Positions 42,809 through 51,233 of a stretch of 59,441 nucleotides of DNA are shown piece after piece. The notes under the pieces were generated by a model. It was not told the DNA's origin and did not search any database. It worked only from the letters and a program-made list of their open reading frames with translations. Origin of the DNA: Nitrospira sp. Lineage in GTDB: Bacteria; Nitrospirota; Thermodesulfovibrionia; Thermodesulfovibrionales; SM23-35. Position 1 is the stretch's first letter, and each line of letters opens with the position of its first letter. The position numbers and the translations under genes were made by a program. Location: assembly GCA_016873615.1 (NCBI GenBank), contig VGWX01000004.1:1-59441 (forward strand), written 5' to 3'.

Positions 42809-42861
42809 TGTTTTAGATTACAGTAAATTTATATCAAATAACATAAGGAGCATGACACTAA

Positions 42862-43938
42862 ATGGAATTCACTCCGAAATGGATAGCATGGGAGATAACA
42901 AGGAGATGCAATCTGCGGTGCGTTCACTGCCGTTCTTCCTCTGAGCTTGAAGCAAAGGCTCACCCTGATTTTCCTGCTGAAGAAGCTTTCAGAATATTAG
43001 ATGACATCAGCGGTTACGCAAAACCTGTTATCGTCCTCTCAGGAGGCGAACCTCTGCTGAGAAAAGATGTTTTTGAAATTGCTCAATACGGCACAGACAA
43101 AGGCTTAAGGATGTGTCTTGCAACAAACGGAACTCTCGTAACTGAAGAAATATGCGAAAAGATCAAGGATTCCGGAATCAGGATTGTCTCTCTCAGCCTC
43201 GATGGTTCTGAAGAAGCCGTACACGATAACTTCAGGAGTCAGAAAGGCGCATTTGCCGGAACGATTCATGCTGCAAATCTTTTTAAGCAATACGGCATCG
43301 AGTTTATCATCAATTCATCCTTTACAAAAAGGAACCAGGAAGAAATTCCAGGGGTATATAACCTTGCCAGAGAACTCGGAGCGACCGCCTGGTATTTGTT
43401 CATGATAGTTCCTACAGGCAGGGGTGAAGAGATCATGAATGAACTTATTTCAAAAGAGGATTATGAAAAAATCCTTGAGTGGCATTATCAGATGGAAAAA
43501 GATGAAAAAGATCTGCTTGTGAGACCGACCTGTGCGCCGCATTACTACAGGATTGTACTGCAAAAATCAAAAGAGGAAGGTTCAGGGTTTGAGAGAAGGA
43601 CGCTTAAGTTTTCCACAGGCGGTTCAAAAGGATGTATTGCAGGTCAACTTATAGCGCTGATTGACGTCGACGGAAATGTGTTGCCCTGCAGTTACTTTCC
43701 AAAGCCTGCCGGCAATATCAGGAAACAATCATTTCAGGATATATGGGAAAAATCAGAACTTTTCAGGGAACTCCGCGATTTCAGAAAATATAAGGGGAAA
43801 TGCGGTTCGTGCGAATACATACATGTCTGTGGAGGATGCCGCGCAAGGGCATATGCCATCCATGGCGATTATCTCGCTGAAGAGCCGTTTTGCGGATATA
43901 AACCACACAGATTATCACTGAAAGAAAAACACAGATAA
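42862..43938 (+). CDS. ahbD: Radical SAM/SPASM heme synthase (AhbD/NirJ-like)
   Basis: [28 protein letters not shown] cysteines ([17 protein letters not shown]); heme operon context. Confidence 0.8.
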   Translation: MEFTPKWIAWEITRRCNLRCVHCRSSSELEAKAHPDFPAEEAFRILDDISGYAKPVIVLSGGEPLLRKDVFEIAQYGTDKGLRMCLATNGTLVTEEICEKIKDSGIRIVSLSLDGSEEAVHDNFRSQKGAFAGTIHAANLFKQYGIEFIINSSFTKRNQEEIPGVYNLARELGATAWYLFMIVPTGRGEEIMNELISKEDYEKILEWHYQMEKDEKDLLVRPTCAPHYYRIVLQKSKEEGSGFERRTLKFSTGGSKGCIAGQLIALIDVDGNVLPCSYFPKPAGNIRKQSFQDIWEKSELFRELRDFRKYKGKCGSCEYIHVCGGCRARAYAIHGDYLAEEPFCGYKPHRLSLKEKHR

Positions 43939-43947
43939 TCACTGATA
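43901..43947 (+). repeat. Left arm of repeats flanking the GxxExxY gene
   Basis: acacagattatcactga and acacagataatcactga direct repeats. Confidence 0.8.
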
Positions 43948-43955
43948 AAAACAAG

Positions 43956-44363
43956 ATGACCAAAGAAAAAGATATAGATTATATTTATAAAGATCTTACT
44001 TACAAAATCATAGGAGCTATTTATGATGTCCATAAAGAATTAGGGAGTGTGCATAAAGAGATTATTTATCATAAAGCTATTTCTATAGAATTATCTAATA
44101 GAGGAATACCATTTATGGAAGAAAAACCTATTGATGTTAAATATAAAGGGAAGAAGATAGGGACATATAAGCCGGATTTTATTATTGATGATAAAGTTAT
44201 TTTAGAAGTTAAAGTAGCACCTGTTATTACTAAAGCTATGACTGATCAGGTTTTCTATTATGTTAAAGGCACGAAATATAAACTTGTATTACTGGCTAAC
44301 TTTGGAACAAGTAAGGTTGGGATAAAAAGACTTATATACACAGATACCGCGGATGAACACTGA
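43956..44363 (+). CDS. GxxExxY protein (PD-(D/E)xK nuclease fold)
   Basis: LTYKIIGA..DVHKELG...EIIY, KPDFIIDDKVILEVK, LANFG; conspicuously AT-rich. Confidence 0.9.
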   Translation: MTKEKDIDYIYKDLTYKIIGAIYDVHKELGSVHKEIIYHKAISIELSNRGIPFMEEKPIDVKYKGKKIGTYKPDFIIDDKVILEVKVAPVITKAMTDQVFYYVKGTKYKLVLLANFGTSKVGIKRLIYTDTADEH

Positions 44364-44426
44364 TTAGACATGGATCTCTACAGATATCTGTGATCATCTG
44401 AATATACATCTGTGATCTTCTGCGGT
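44338..44426. repeat. Right arm of repeats flanking the GxxExxY gene
   Basis: acacagataccgcggatgaacactgat...atctgtgatcatctg...atctgtgatcttctgcggt. Confidence 0.8.
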
Positions 44427-44439
44427 AAAGGAGGGGTTT

Positions 44440-45471
44440 ATGAATGATACTTTTTTGAGAGCATGCCGTGGTGAAGAAGTGGAATATACTCCAGTATGGC
44501 TTATGCGACAGGCAGGGAGATACCTACCTGAATATCAGGCTGTGCGGTCTAATGTTGATTTCCTGACTCTTTGTAAAAACCCGAAGCTTGCTGCAGACGT
44601 TACGCTTCAGCCTGTTGATATTCTCGGGGTTGATGCTGCCATCCTCTTTTCAGATATCCTCATCCCTGTTGAAGCAATGGGCATGCGCCTTGAATTTTCC
44701 GAGAAAGAGGGGCCGGTCCTCAGTGAGCCGGTAAGAAGCAAATCCGCTGTTGAAAAGTTGACCATTCCGGATGTTGAAGAAGATATGCCTTTTGTCTTTG
44801 ATACGATAAGAATCTTGATAAAAGAGCTCGAAAATAAAGTGCCTTTAATAGGGTTTGCCGGAGCTCCTTTTACATTAGCTACGTATATGATCGAGGGAGG
44901 AACATCAAAGAATTTTTTACATACAAAAAAGTTGATGTTCCAGTATAACCAGGTATTCCATTATCTTATGGAAAAGCTGACTGACTCTGTAATTTCATAT
45001 CTTTCCGCCCAGATAAAGGCAGGCGCCCAGGCAATACAGATATTTGATACCTGGGCCGGCATCCTTGCTCCTTTAGACTATAAGAAGTTTGCATTCCCTT
45101 ATGTCAGGAAGGCAATTTCCGAGCTGAAAAAAGAAGGCGTGCCGATAATCTATTTTGCAAATAATTGTGCGGGGATTCTCGGTGAACTAAAAAAAGTAGG
45201 GGATGATGTTTTGGGGATCGACTGGAGGATCGACATTTCTGATGCAATCAAAAAACTCGGCAAAAAAATTGTTGTACAGGGCAATCTGGATCCCTGTGCG
45301 CTCTTCCTTCCAAAGGAAAAACTTGAAGAAAGGGTAAAAGAGATACTATGGAAAGGAGAGGCTGCAAAGGGGCATATCTTTAATTTGGGCCACGGCATCC
45401 TGCCCCAGACGCCTCCGGAAAATGTTGCAGCTATGGTCGAAGCTGTCCACACCTATGGAAGAAAAAAGTAA
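44440..45471 (+). CDS. hemE: Uroporphyrinogen decarboxylase
   Basis: PVWLMRQAGRYLPEY, AAILFSDIL, FNLGHG. Confidence 0.97.
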   Translation: MNDTFLRACRGEEVEYTPVWLMRQAGRYLPEYQAVRSNVDFLTLCKNPKLAADVTLQPVDILGVDAAILFSDILIPVEAMGMRLEFSEKEGPVLSEPVRSKSAVEKLTIPDVEEDMPFVFDTIRILIKELENKVPLIGFAGAPFTLATYMIEGGTSKNFLHTKKLMFQYNQVFHYLMEKLTDSVISYLSAQIKAGAQAIQIFDTWAGILAPLDYKKFAFPYVRKAISELKKEGVPIIYFANNCAGILGELKKVGDDVLGIDWRIDISDAIKKLGKKIVVQGNLDPCALFLPKEKLEERVKEILWKGEAAKGHIFNLGHGILPQTPPENVAAMVEAVHTYGRKK

Positions 45472-45482
45472 GATTTCCTGAT

Positions 45483-46526
45483 ATGACATTAGGCATTATA
45501 CTTCTCAATCTCGGCGGCCCGGATTCGCTGCAGGCAGTGAGACCATTCCTGTATAACCTTTTCTCGGACAGACAGATTATCCGTCTTGGCCCTTCGTTTA
45601 TGCAGAAACCGCTGGCATGGCTCATTTCAACAATACGTTCAAAAAAGACAGAACAATACTATAAACTCATCGGCGGGAAATCACCGATCCTCGATATAAC
45701 AAAAACTCAGGCAAAAGCGCTCGAAGAAGCGCTAAATGAGAATTTCCCCCCACCCTCCCCTCCCCCTCAAGGGGGGAGGGTTAGGGAGGGGGTGGCAGAA
45801 ATCAATTTTAAGGTCTTTATAGGCATGCGTTACTGGAGTCCCTTCATAGAGGATATTATTCCTGAGATATACGGCAAGGGGATAAGGAAAGTTATAGCCC
45901 TGAGTCTTTATCCGCAATACTCTGTTGCAACATCAGGCTCATCAATCTCAAAACTGAAAGAAGTTCTATCCGATTATCAAATGGAAACTGTTTATATATC
46001 ATCATGGCATGCTCATCCATTGTATATAGAAGCGCTTGTGGATGTGATCAAAAAAGGGATTGAATCCTTTGCTGTAAACGCAGAACGCAGAACAGAGAAC
46101 GCAGAACCTGAAGTTCATGTCCTCTTCAGCGCCCATAGTCTGCCGCAGAAAATAATAGATGAAGGTGATCCATACGCAGACCAGACCATAGAAACGATTG
46201 AAGAGATCACGAAAAGAATTCCCCTGAAATGGCATTTAAGTTATCAGTCCAAAAGTGGTCCGGTTCAATGGCTTGAACCATCTACAGAAGATAAAATTAA
46301 AGAACTCGCAGGTGAAGGCGTTAAAAATCTTCTCGTTGTCCCGATAAGCTTTATCTCAGACCATATCGAAACCCTGTACGAAATAGATATTCTCTATAAG
46401 AAGTTGGCTGAAAGCCTTGGTATAAATCTTAAAAGGGCAGATTCTTTGAATACTCACCCCACATTTATAAAAGCATTAAAAGAGATCGTGATAAGTGAAT
46501 TAAAAAAAACGGGCAGCAAATCTTGA
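45483..46526 (+). CDS. hemH: Ferrochelatase (probably coproporphyrin type)
   Basis: LLNLGGP, MRYW.P, LYPQYS, FSAHSLP, DHIETLYEID. Confidence 0.95.
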   Translation: MTLGIILLNLGGPDSLQAVRPFLYNLFSDRQIIRLGPSFMQKPLAWLISTIRSKKTEQYYKLIGGKSPILDITKTQAKALEEALNENFPPPSPPPQGGRVREGVAEINFKVFIGMRYWSPFIEDIIPEIYGKGIRKVIALSLYPQYSVATSGSSISKLKEVLSDYQMETVYISSWHAHPLYIEALVDVIKKGIESFAVNAERRTENAEPEVHVLFSAHSLPQKIIDEGDPYADQTIETIEEITKRIPLKWHLSYQSKSGPVQWLEPSTEDKIKELAGEGVKNLLVVPISFISDHIETLYEIDILYKKLAESLGINLKRADSLNTHPTFIKALKEIVISELKKTGSKS

Positions 46527-46609
46527 TTTTGACAAATACCTTGTGTTAAATATTAGGACTTTTCTTAAAATCTTCATCTGCTTCAGATAGTTGACGGGAG
46601 AAATACTGA

Positions 46610-47917
46610 ATGGCTGTCTCGACATTCAAAGGCGGGGTACATCCCGCTGACAAAAAGGAATTATCGGCAGATAGTCCGATAGTAGAATCAAAACCGCCTC
46701 AAAGGGTCGTTATCCCATTAAGCCAGCATTTAGGCGCACCCTGCAAACCAATAGTAACCATCAATCAGGAAGTAAAAAAAGGTGAGATGATAGGCGAACC
46801 AACAGGATTTGTATCAGCTCCCGTACACTCCTCTGTCTCCGGCAGGATAATTGCGATTGGAGAATTTGCGAATGCAATGGGAAGATTGGTTACATCAGTT
46901 GTCATAGAAAATGACTGCAGGGAAGAATGGACTATCCTCAAAGACAATCCTGACTATATGCAGCTTTCATCAGATGAGATCAAGGAGAAGATAAAGAATG
47001 CCGGCATCGTCGGAATGGGTGGCGCTGCATTCCCAACCATTGTAAAACTCTCTCCCCCTAAAGAAAAAACGGTTGATACGGTAATCCTGAACGGTTGTGA
47101 ATGCGAACCATATCTGACCGGAGATTACCGGCTCATGATTGAAAAACCGAAAGAGATTATTGAAGGGTTGAAAATTCTCATGAAGGTACTGGGAGTAAAC
47201 AGGGGCTTTGTAGGGCTTGAAGACAACAAGCCACTTGCCATAAAAGCCTTGAAAGAAGCTGCTGAAGGACAAGGGAATATTGATGTATGTGCACTTCATA
47301 CGAAGTATCCTCAGGGCGCAGAAAAGATGCTTATTAAATCATTGACCAACAGAGAAGTCCCACCAAGAGCGCTTCCCATGGATGTAAAGGTTGTTGTCCA
47401 GAATGTCGGCACCTCTTTTGCAATCTTTGAGGCTGTAAGATATGGCAAACCTTTAGTTGACAGGGTTGTGGCAGTAACCGGTGAAGGCGTCAACAAACCC
47501 GGGAATATACTGGCAAGAATCGGGACAATGATATCTAATCTTATTGAGGAATGCGGAGAGATTAAGGAAGAAAGCGCAAAGGTTATTTCAGGCGGACCCA
47601 TGATGGGTTTTGCCGTTTCTTCACTGGACATACCTGTAACCAAAGGCACATCAGGCATAGTTGTATTAAGAGAAGGAGACTTTTTTCATGCTTTTGATTT
47701 CGGGCCGTGCATACGCTGCGGCAGATGTATCGATGCATGTCCGATGGGACTTATGCCCTCAATGCTCAGCATCTATGCTGAAAAGGGATTCTATGAAGGC
47801 GCAAAGGAATACAATCTCTTCGACTGTTTTGAATGTGGCTCCTGTGCATTCGTATGTCCTTCCAAAAGACCGATAGTCCAGCTTGTACGTCTCGCAAAAT
47901 CACAGGTAAAACCATAA
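46610..47917 (+). CDS. rnfC: Rnf complex subunit C
   Basis: FKGGVHP, GMGGAAFPT, ECEPYL, GGPMMG, two 4Fe-4S motifs. Confidence 0.95.
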   Translation: MAVSTFKGGVHPADKKELSADSPIVESKPPQRVVIPLSQHLGAPCKPIVTINQEVKKGEMIGEPTGFVSAPVHSSVSGRIIAIGEFANAMGRLVTSVVIENDCREEWTILKDNPDYMQLSSDEIKEKIKNAGIVGMGGAAFPTIVKLSPPKEKTVDTVILNGCECEPYLTGDYRLMIEKPKEIIEGLKILMKVLGVNRGFVGLEDNKPLAIKALKEAAEGQGNIDVCALHTKYPQGAEKMLIKSLTNREVPPRALPMDVKVVVQNVGTSFAIFEAVRYGKPLVDRVVAVTGEGVNKPGNILARIGTMISNLIEECGEIKEESAKVISGGPMMGFAVSSLDIPVTKGTSGIVVLREGDFFHAFDFGPCIRCGRCIDACPMGLMPSMLSIYAEKGFYEGAKEYNLFDCFECGSCAFVCPSKRPIVQLVRLAKSQVKP

Positions 47918-48140
47918 GGACAGTCAAACGTGAACAGTGAACAGTTTATTAAGGTTCTCAGAATTTTAATAAGAAAATCCCTCCTGACCTCCCTTTACCA
48001 AAGGGAGGGAATGTCCCCTCTTGAGAGGGATGCAGGGGTGTGTATCCCCTCTTTAGCAAAGAGGGGTAAGGGGAGATTTTCTGATAAATATCTATTCTAT
48101 TTTGAGAATAATAATAACTTTTCACTTTTAACTTTTCACT
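47918..48140. repeat. Nested palindromic element between rnfC and rnfD
   Basis: Outer 7-mer arms (gtgaacagtgaacagtt / aacttttcacttttaacttttcac), ttctcagaat/attttgagaa arms, inner CCCCTC hairpins. Confidence 0.8.
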
Positions 48141-48150
48141 TGGAGTGGCC

Positions 48151-49164
48151 ATGGAGGTAACAAAAAGGCCTCTTATCATATCAGTAAGCCCCCACATAAA
48201 GAGCGATGAAACAACAGGCAGAATCATGTGGAGTGTTTCTGCTGCGCTCCTGCCTGCTGCAATCATGGGGTCTTATTTTTTTGGAGCCGGAGCAGTTATA
48301 GCGGTCGCCCTTTGTATCATATCCGCCGTACTCTCAGAATATATATATCAGAAGGCGCTGAACAAAAAGATTACTGTCAATGACGGCAGCGCTTTTCTTA
48401 CAGGACTACTGCTCGGCTTGAATTTACCGTCGTCTGTACCATTTTATATTCCAATCATAGGTTCATTTGTAGCAATAGTCATTACCAAACAATTATTCGG
48501 CGGTCTTGGCTACAATATCTTTAATCCTGCATTAATCGGACGGGCCTTCCTGCTTATTTCCTTTCCAAAACTCATGACCATATGGAGTGAACCGGCATCA
48601 GCCTTTCTGCTTTTTGATGCTAAAACCACTGCAACGCCCCTTGGCATCCTGAAAGAAGAAGGCTATGCAAAATTAATAGAGGTCTTTGGAGACCAGATGA
48701 GCCTTTACACACAACTCCTGATTGGTCAGAGGGCAGGCTCTATCGGTGAGACATCATCCGTTGCCCTGCTTCTCGGCGCAGCATTTCTCTTTTATAAAAG
48801 ATACATCACATGGCATATCCCTCTGTCATTTCTTGGAACAGCAGCATTGATAGCATGGATATTCGGGGGCAAAGACGCTTTATTTGCCGGAGATCCTTTA
48901 CTGCACCTCCTGAGCGGCGGCATGATACTCGGCGCTTTCTTTATGGCAACCGATTATGTAACAAGCCCTTCGGTAAAGAATGGACAGATACTCTTCGGCA
49001 TCGGCTGCGGTTTTCTCACTATGCTCATAAGGCTTAAAGGAGGGTATCCGGAAGGCGTCATGTTCGCCATTCTCATCATGAACTGTTTTGCTCCTCTCAT
49101 TGACAGAGGTTTTAAGTCAAAGGTATTCGGCGCTCAGAAGACGCCAAAAGGAGATAAAAGTTGA
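48151..49164 (+). CDS. rnfD: Rnf complex subunit D
   Basis: SPHI, KQLFGGLG.NIFNPA, TTATPL FMN site, FMATD. Confidence 0.95.
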   Translation: MEVTKRPLIISVSPHIKSDETTGRIMWSVSAALLPAAIMGSYFFGAGAVIAVALCIISAVLSEYIYQKALNKKITVNDGSAFLTGLLLGLNLPSSVPFYIPIIGSFVAIVITKQLFGGLGYNIFNPALIGRAFLLISFPKLMTIWSEPASAFLLFDAKTTATPLGILKEEGYAKLIEVFGDQMSLYTQLLIGQRAGSIGETSSVALLLGAAFLFYKRYITWHIPLSFLGTAALIAWIFGGKDALFAGDPLLHLLSGGMILGAFFMATDYVTSPSVKNGQILFGIGCGFLTMLIRLKGGYPEGVMFAILIMNCFAPLIDRGFKSKVFGAQKTPKGDKS

Positions 49165-49754
49165 CCGCAAAGGACATATTCAAGATAACTCTTAACCTTG
49201 TTGTCATCTATCTCATAGGAGGTCTTATCCTTGCAGTGGTTTATGCAAAAACCTCACCGATCATGTATAAAAACGCAGTTCATGAAAAAGAAACCGCATT
49301 AAAGGAGCTTATGCCGGATGCTGATAAAATCGAAATATTGGGCGACTGGTCCATACATGATAAACCTTCAGAATATTTTATTGCAAAAAAAAACAATGCC
49401 ATTATCGGGTATATAATACAATCCCATGGCAAGGGATATTCAAGTTATATCAACACGCTCATTGCAGTTGATAAGGATTTCAAAGTGCAGAGGATAAATA
49501 TTCTCGGACATGCTGAAACACCGGGACTGGGAGACGAGGTTGAGACAGAAAGCTTCAAAAACCAGTTTATCGGTAAGGATATGGAACATCTTAAGGCAGT
49601 TAAAACCGAATCAACTGAAAATATACAGGCAATATCAGGGGCAACGATTTCCAGCAGGGCAGTTACTGAAGACGCTGTAAGGAATGGCGTCGATTTCCTT
49701 ATAAAGACATTAAAAGACAAAGGAACAGATCATGGAACAGACAGGCGCAATTAA
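49161..49754 (+). CDS. rnfG: Rnf complex subunit G
   Basis: ETPGLG, ISGATISS FMN site. Confidence 0.93.
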   Translation: MTAKDIFKITLNLVVIYLIGGLILAVVYAKTSPIMYKNAVHEKETALKELMPDADKIEILGDWSIHDKPSEYFIAKKNNAIIGYIIQSHGKGYSSYINTLIAVDKDFKVQRINILGHAETPGLGDEVETESFKNQFIGKDMEHLKAVKTESTENIQAISGATISSRAVTEDAVRNGVDFLIKTLKDKGTDHGTDRRN

Positions 49755-50352
49755 TTATATTGACCTCATAAAAAACGGCATTTTCAAAGAAAACACAATA
49801 TTCAAGCTCGCGCTCAGTCTCTGTCCTTCTATCGCAGTTACCAATAACCTGAGAAACGGCGTTTTAATGGGCATCGCAGTGCTTTTTGTACAGGTAATGG
49901 TTAATATTACAGTCTCTCCAATGAGAAAATTCATTCATCCAAGGATACGGCTGCCGATCTTCATGCTTATCATCTCCGGATGGGTAACGGTCACTGATAT
50001 GACAATGGCAGCATTTGCACCTGATGCATACAAACAGATGGGTCTGTACATTCAGTTGATCGTTGCCTTTGCATCAATCCTTGCAAGGGCCGAGATGTTT
50101 GCAAGTAAAAATAAGATCATGCCTTCTCTGTTTGACGGAATCGGCATGGGGCTCGGGTTTCTGTTTGCGCTCTCCATAATAAGCCTTTTCAGGGAACTGC
50201 TCGGCAAGGGATCACTCTGGGGTTACCAGATTATCCATGCAAAACCCCTTCTTATCCTGGTCCTGCCGGCCGGCGGTTTTTTTGCTGTAGGGTTATTGAT
50301 GGGCTTCTTTAACTGGATGAGCATGAGAGGTGAAAAAAATGGCCATGTATAG
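49732..50352 (+). CDS. rnfE: Rnf complex subunit E
   Basis: LSLCPSIAVT, RAEMFA, RELLG, LPAGGF. Confidence 0.93.
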   Translation: MEQTGAINYIDLIKNGIFKENTIFKLALSLCPSIAVTNNLRNGVLMGIAVLFVQVMVNITVSPMRKFIHPRIRLPIFMLIISGWVTVTDMTMAAFAPDAYKQMGLYIQLIVAFASILARAEMFASKNKIMPSLFDGIGMGLGFLFALSIISLFRELLGKGSLWGYQIIHAKPLLILVLPAGGFFAVGLLMGFFNWMSMRGEKNGHV

Positions 50353-50453
50353 GACGGATATAGCATTTTCGCTCATTCTCGATCGTTCCGACCTCCGAGG
50401 GAAATTCTTTCTTCGAAAGAATTTAAATCCGCTCAAATACTATATCCATCCTA
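50350..50453. repeat. Palindromic element between rnfE and rnfA
   Basis: taggacggatatagcattt / aaatactatatccatccta IR; inner aaattctttc-ttc-gaaagaattt hairpin. Confidence 0.75.
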
Positions 50454-50477
50454 CCTTAAAAAGGAACAGGGGATAAT

Positions 50478-51065
50478 ATGGAATTCGCGAAACTCTTTGA
50501 AATCATTATTGCAGCATCATTGATCAATAACTTTGTTTTCACCAGGTTCCTTGGTCTCTGTATATTCTTCGGGGTATCACGAAAGATGGAGACTGCCGTT
50601 GGAATGAGCATAACGTTCACATCAGTAATGATGATAAGTTCTGCATTGAGCTGGCTTGTTTTTAATTATATAATGTTACCGCTTGATATCACCTTTCTGA
50701 AGATTATTATTTTCATCGGTATCGTGGCAGGTTTTGTTCAGGCGTCGGATACAGTGATGCGGAAGGTTTCACCGGGTCTTTACTATAAACTCGGCATCTA
50801 TCTCGCCCTCATATCTACAAACTGTATCATACTCGCTGTACCCTTGATTAACGCAGGAGAACGTTACAGCTTCATCGAGAGTCTTGTGTTTGCCCTCGGG
50901 TCAGGCATCGGATTTGCGATCGCATTAATAATCATGGCAAGCATCCGGGAGAAACTCGAACTCGCTGATGTCCCTAAACCATTCAGAGGCACACCCATCG
51001 CATTTATCGTTACCGGCTTGATTGCGCTTGCATTTACAGGGTTTTCCGGACTGATAAAATTATGA
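50478..51065 (+). CDS. rnfA: Rnf complex subunit A
   Basis: NNFVF.RFLGLC, LI.TNC, IRE.L...DVP..FRG.PI. Confidence 0.94.
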   Translation: MEFAKLFEIIIAASLINNFVFTRFLGLCIFFGVSRKMETAVGMSITFTSVMMISSALSWLVFNYIMLPLDITFLKIIIFIGIVAGFVQASDTVMRKVSPGLYYKLGIYLALISTNCIILAVPLINAGERYSFIESLVFALGSGIGFAIALIIMASIREKLELADVPKPFRGTPIAFIVTGLIALAFTGFSGLIKL

Positions 51066-51082
51066 TGTGGTAAAATAATATT

Positions 51083-51230
51083 TATTAACAGTCTCATAAT
51101 AATGACAAGATTAACTGTAAAATCCCTCCTACCCTCCCTTTACCAAAGGGAGGAATATTCCCCTCTTTGGCAAAGAGGGGGAAGGGGAGATTTTATAATA
51201 AATGACCCTTCAAATTTTAGATGATTAATT
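51083..51230. repeat. Palindromic element between rnfA and rnfB (CCCCTC family)
   Basis: aaatccctcct..cctccctttaccaaagggagg..tcccctctttggcaaagagggg.aaggggagatttt; nearly identical to the core at 47975-48080. Confidence 0.82.
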
Positions 51231-51233
51231 AAA

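Noticed and set aside
43901-44426. CRISPR array or DGR template suggested by the repeats
   Set aside because: Repeats are short and degenerate with no regular unique spacers; no cas or reverse transcriptase gene in the window
47930-48266. ORFs across the rnfC-rnfD spacer
   Set aside because: Translations of the palindromic element
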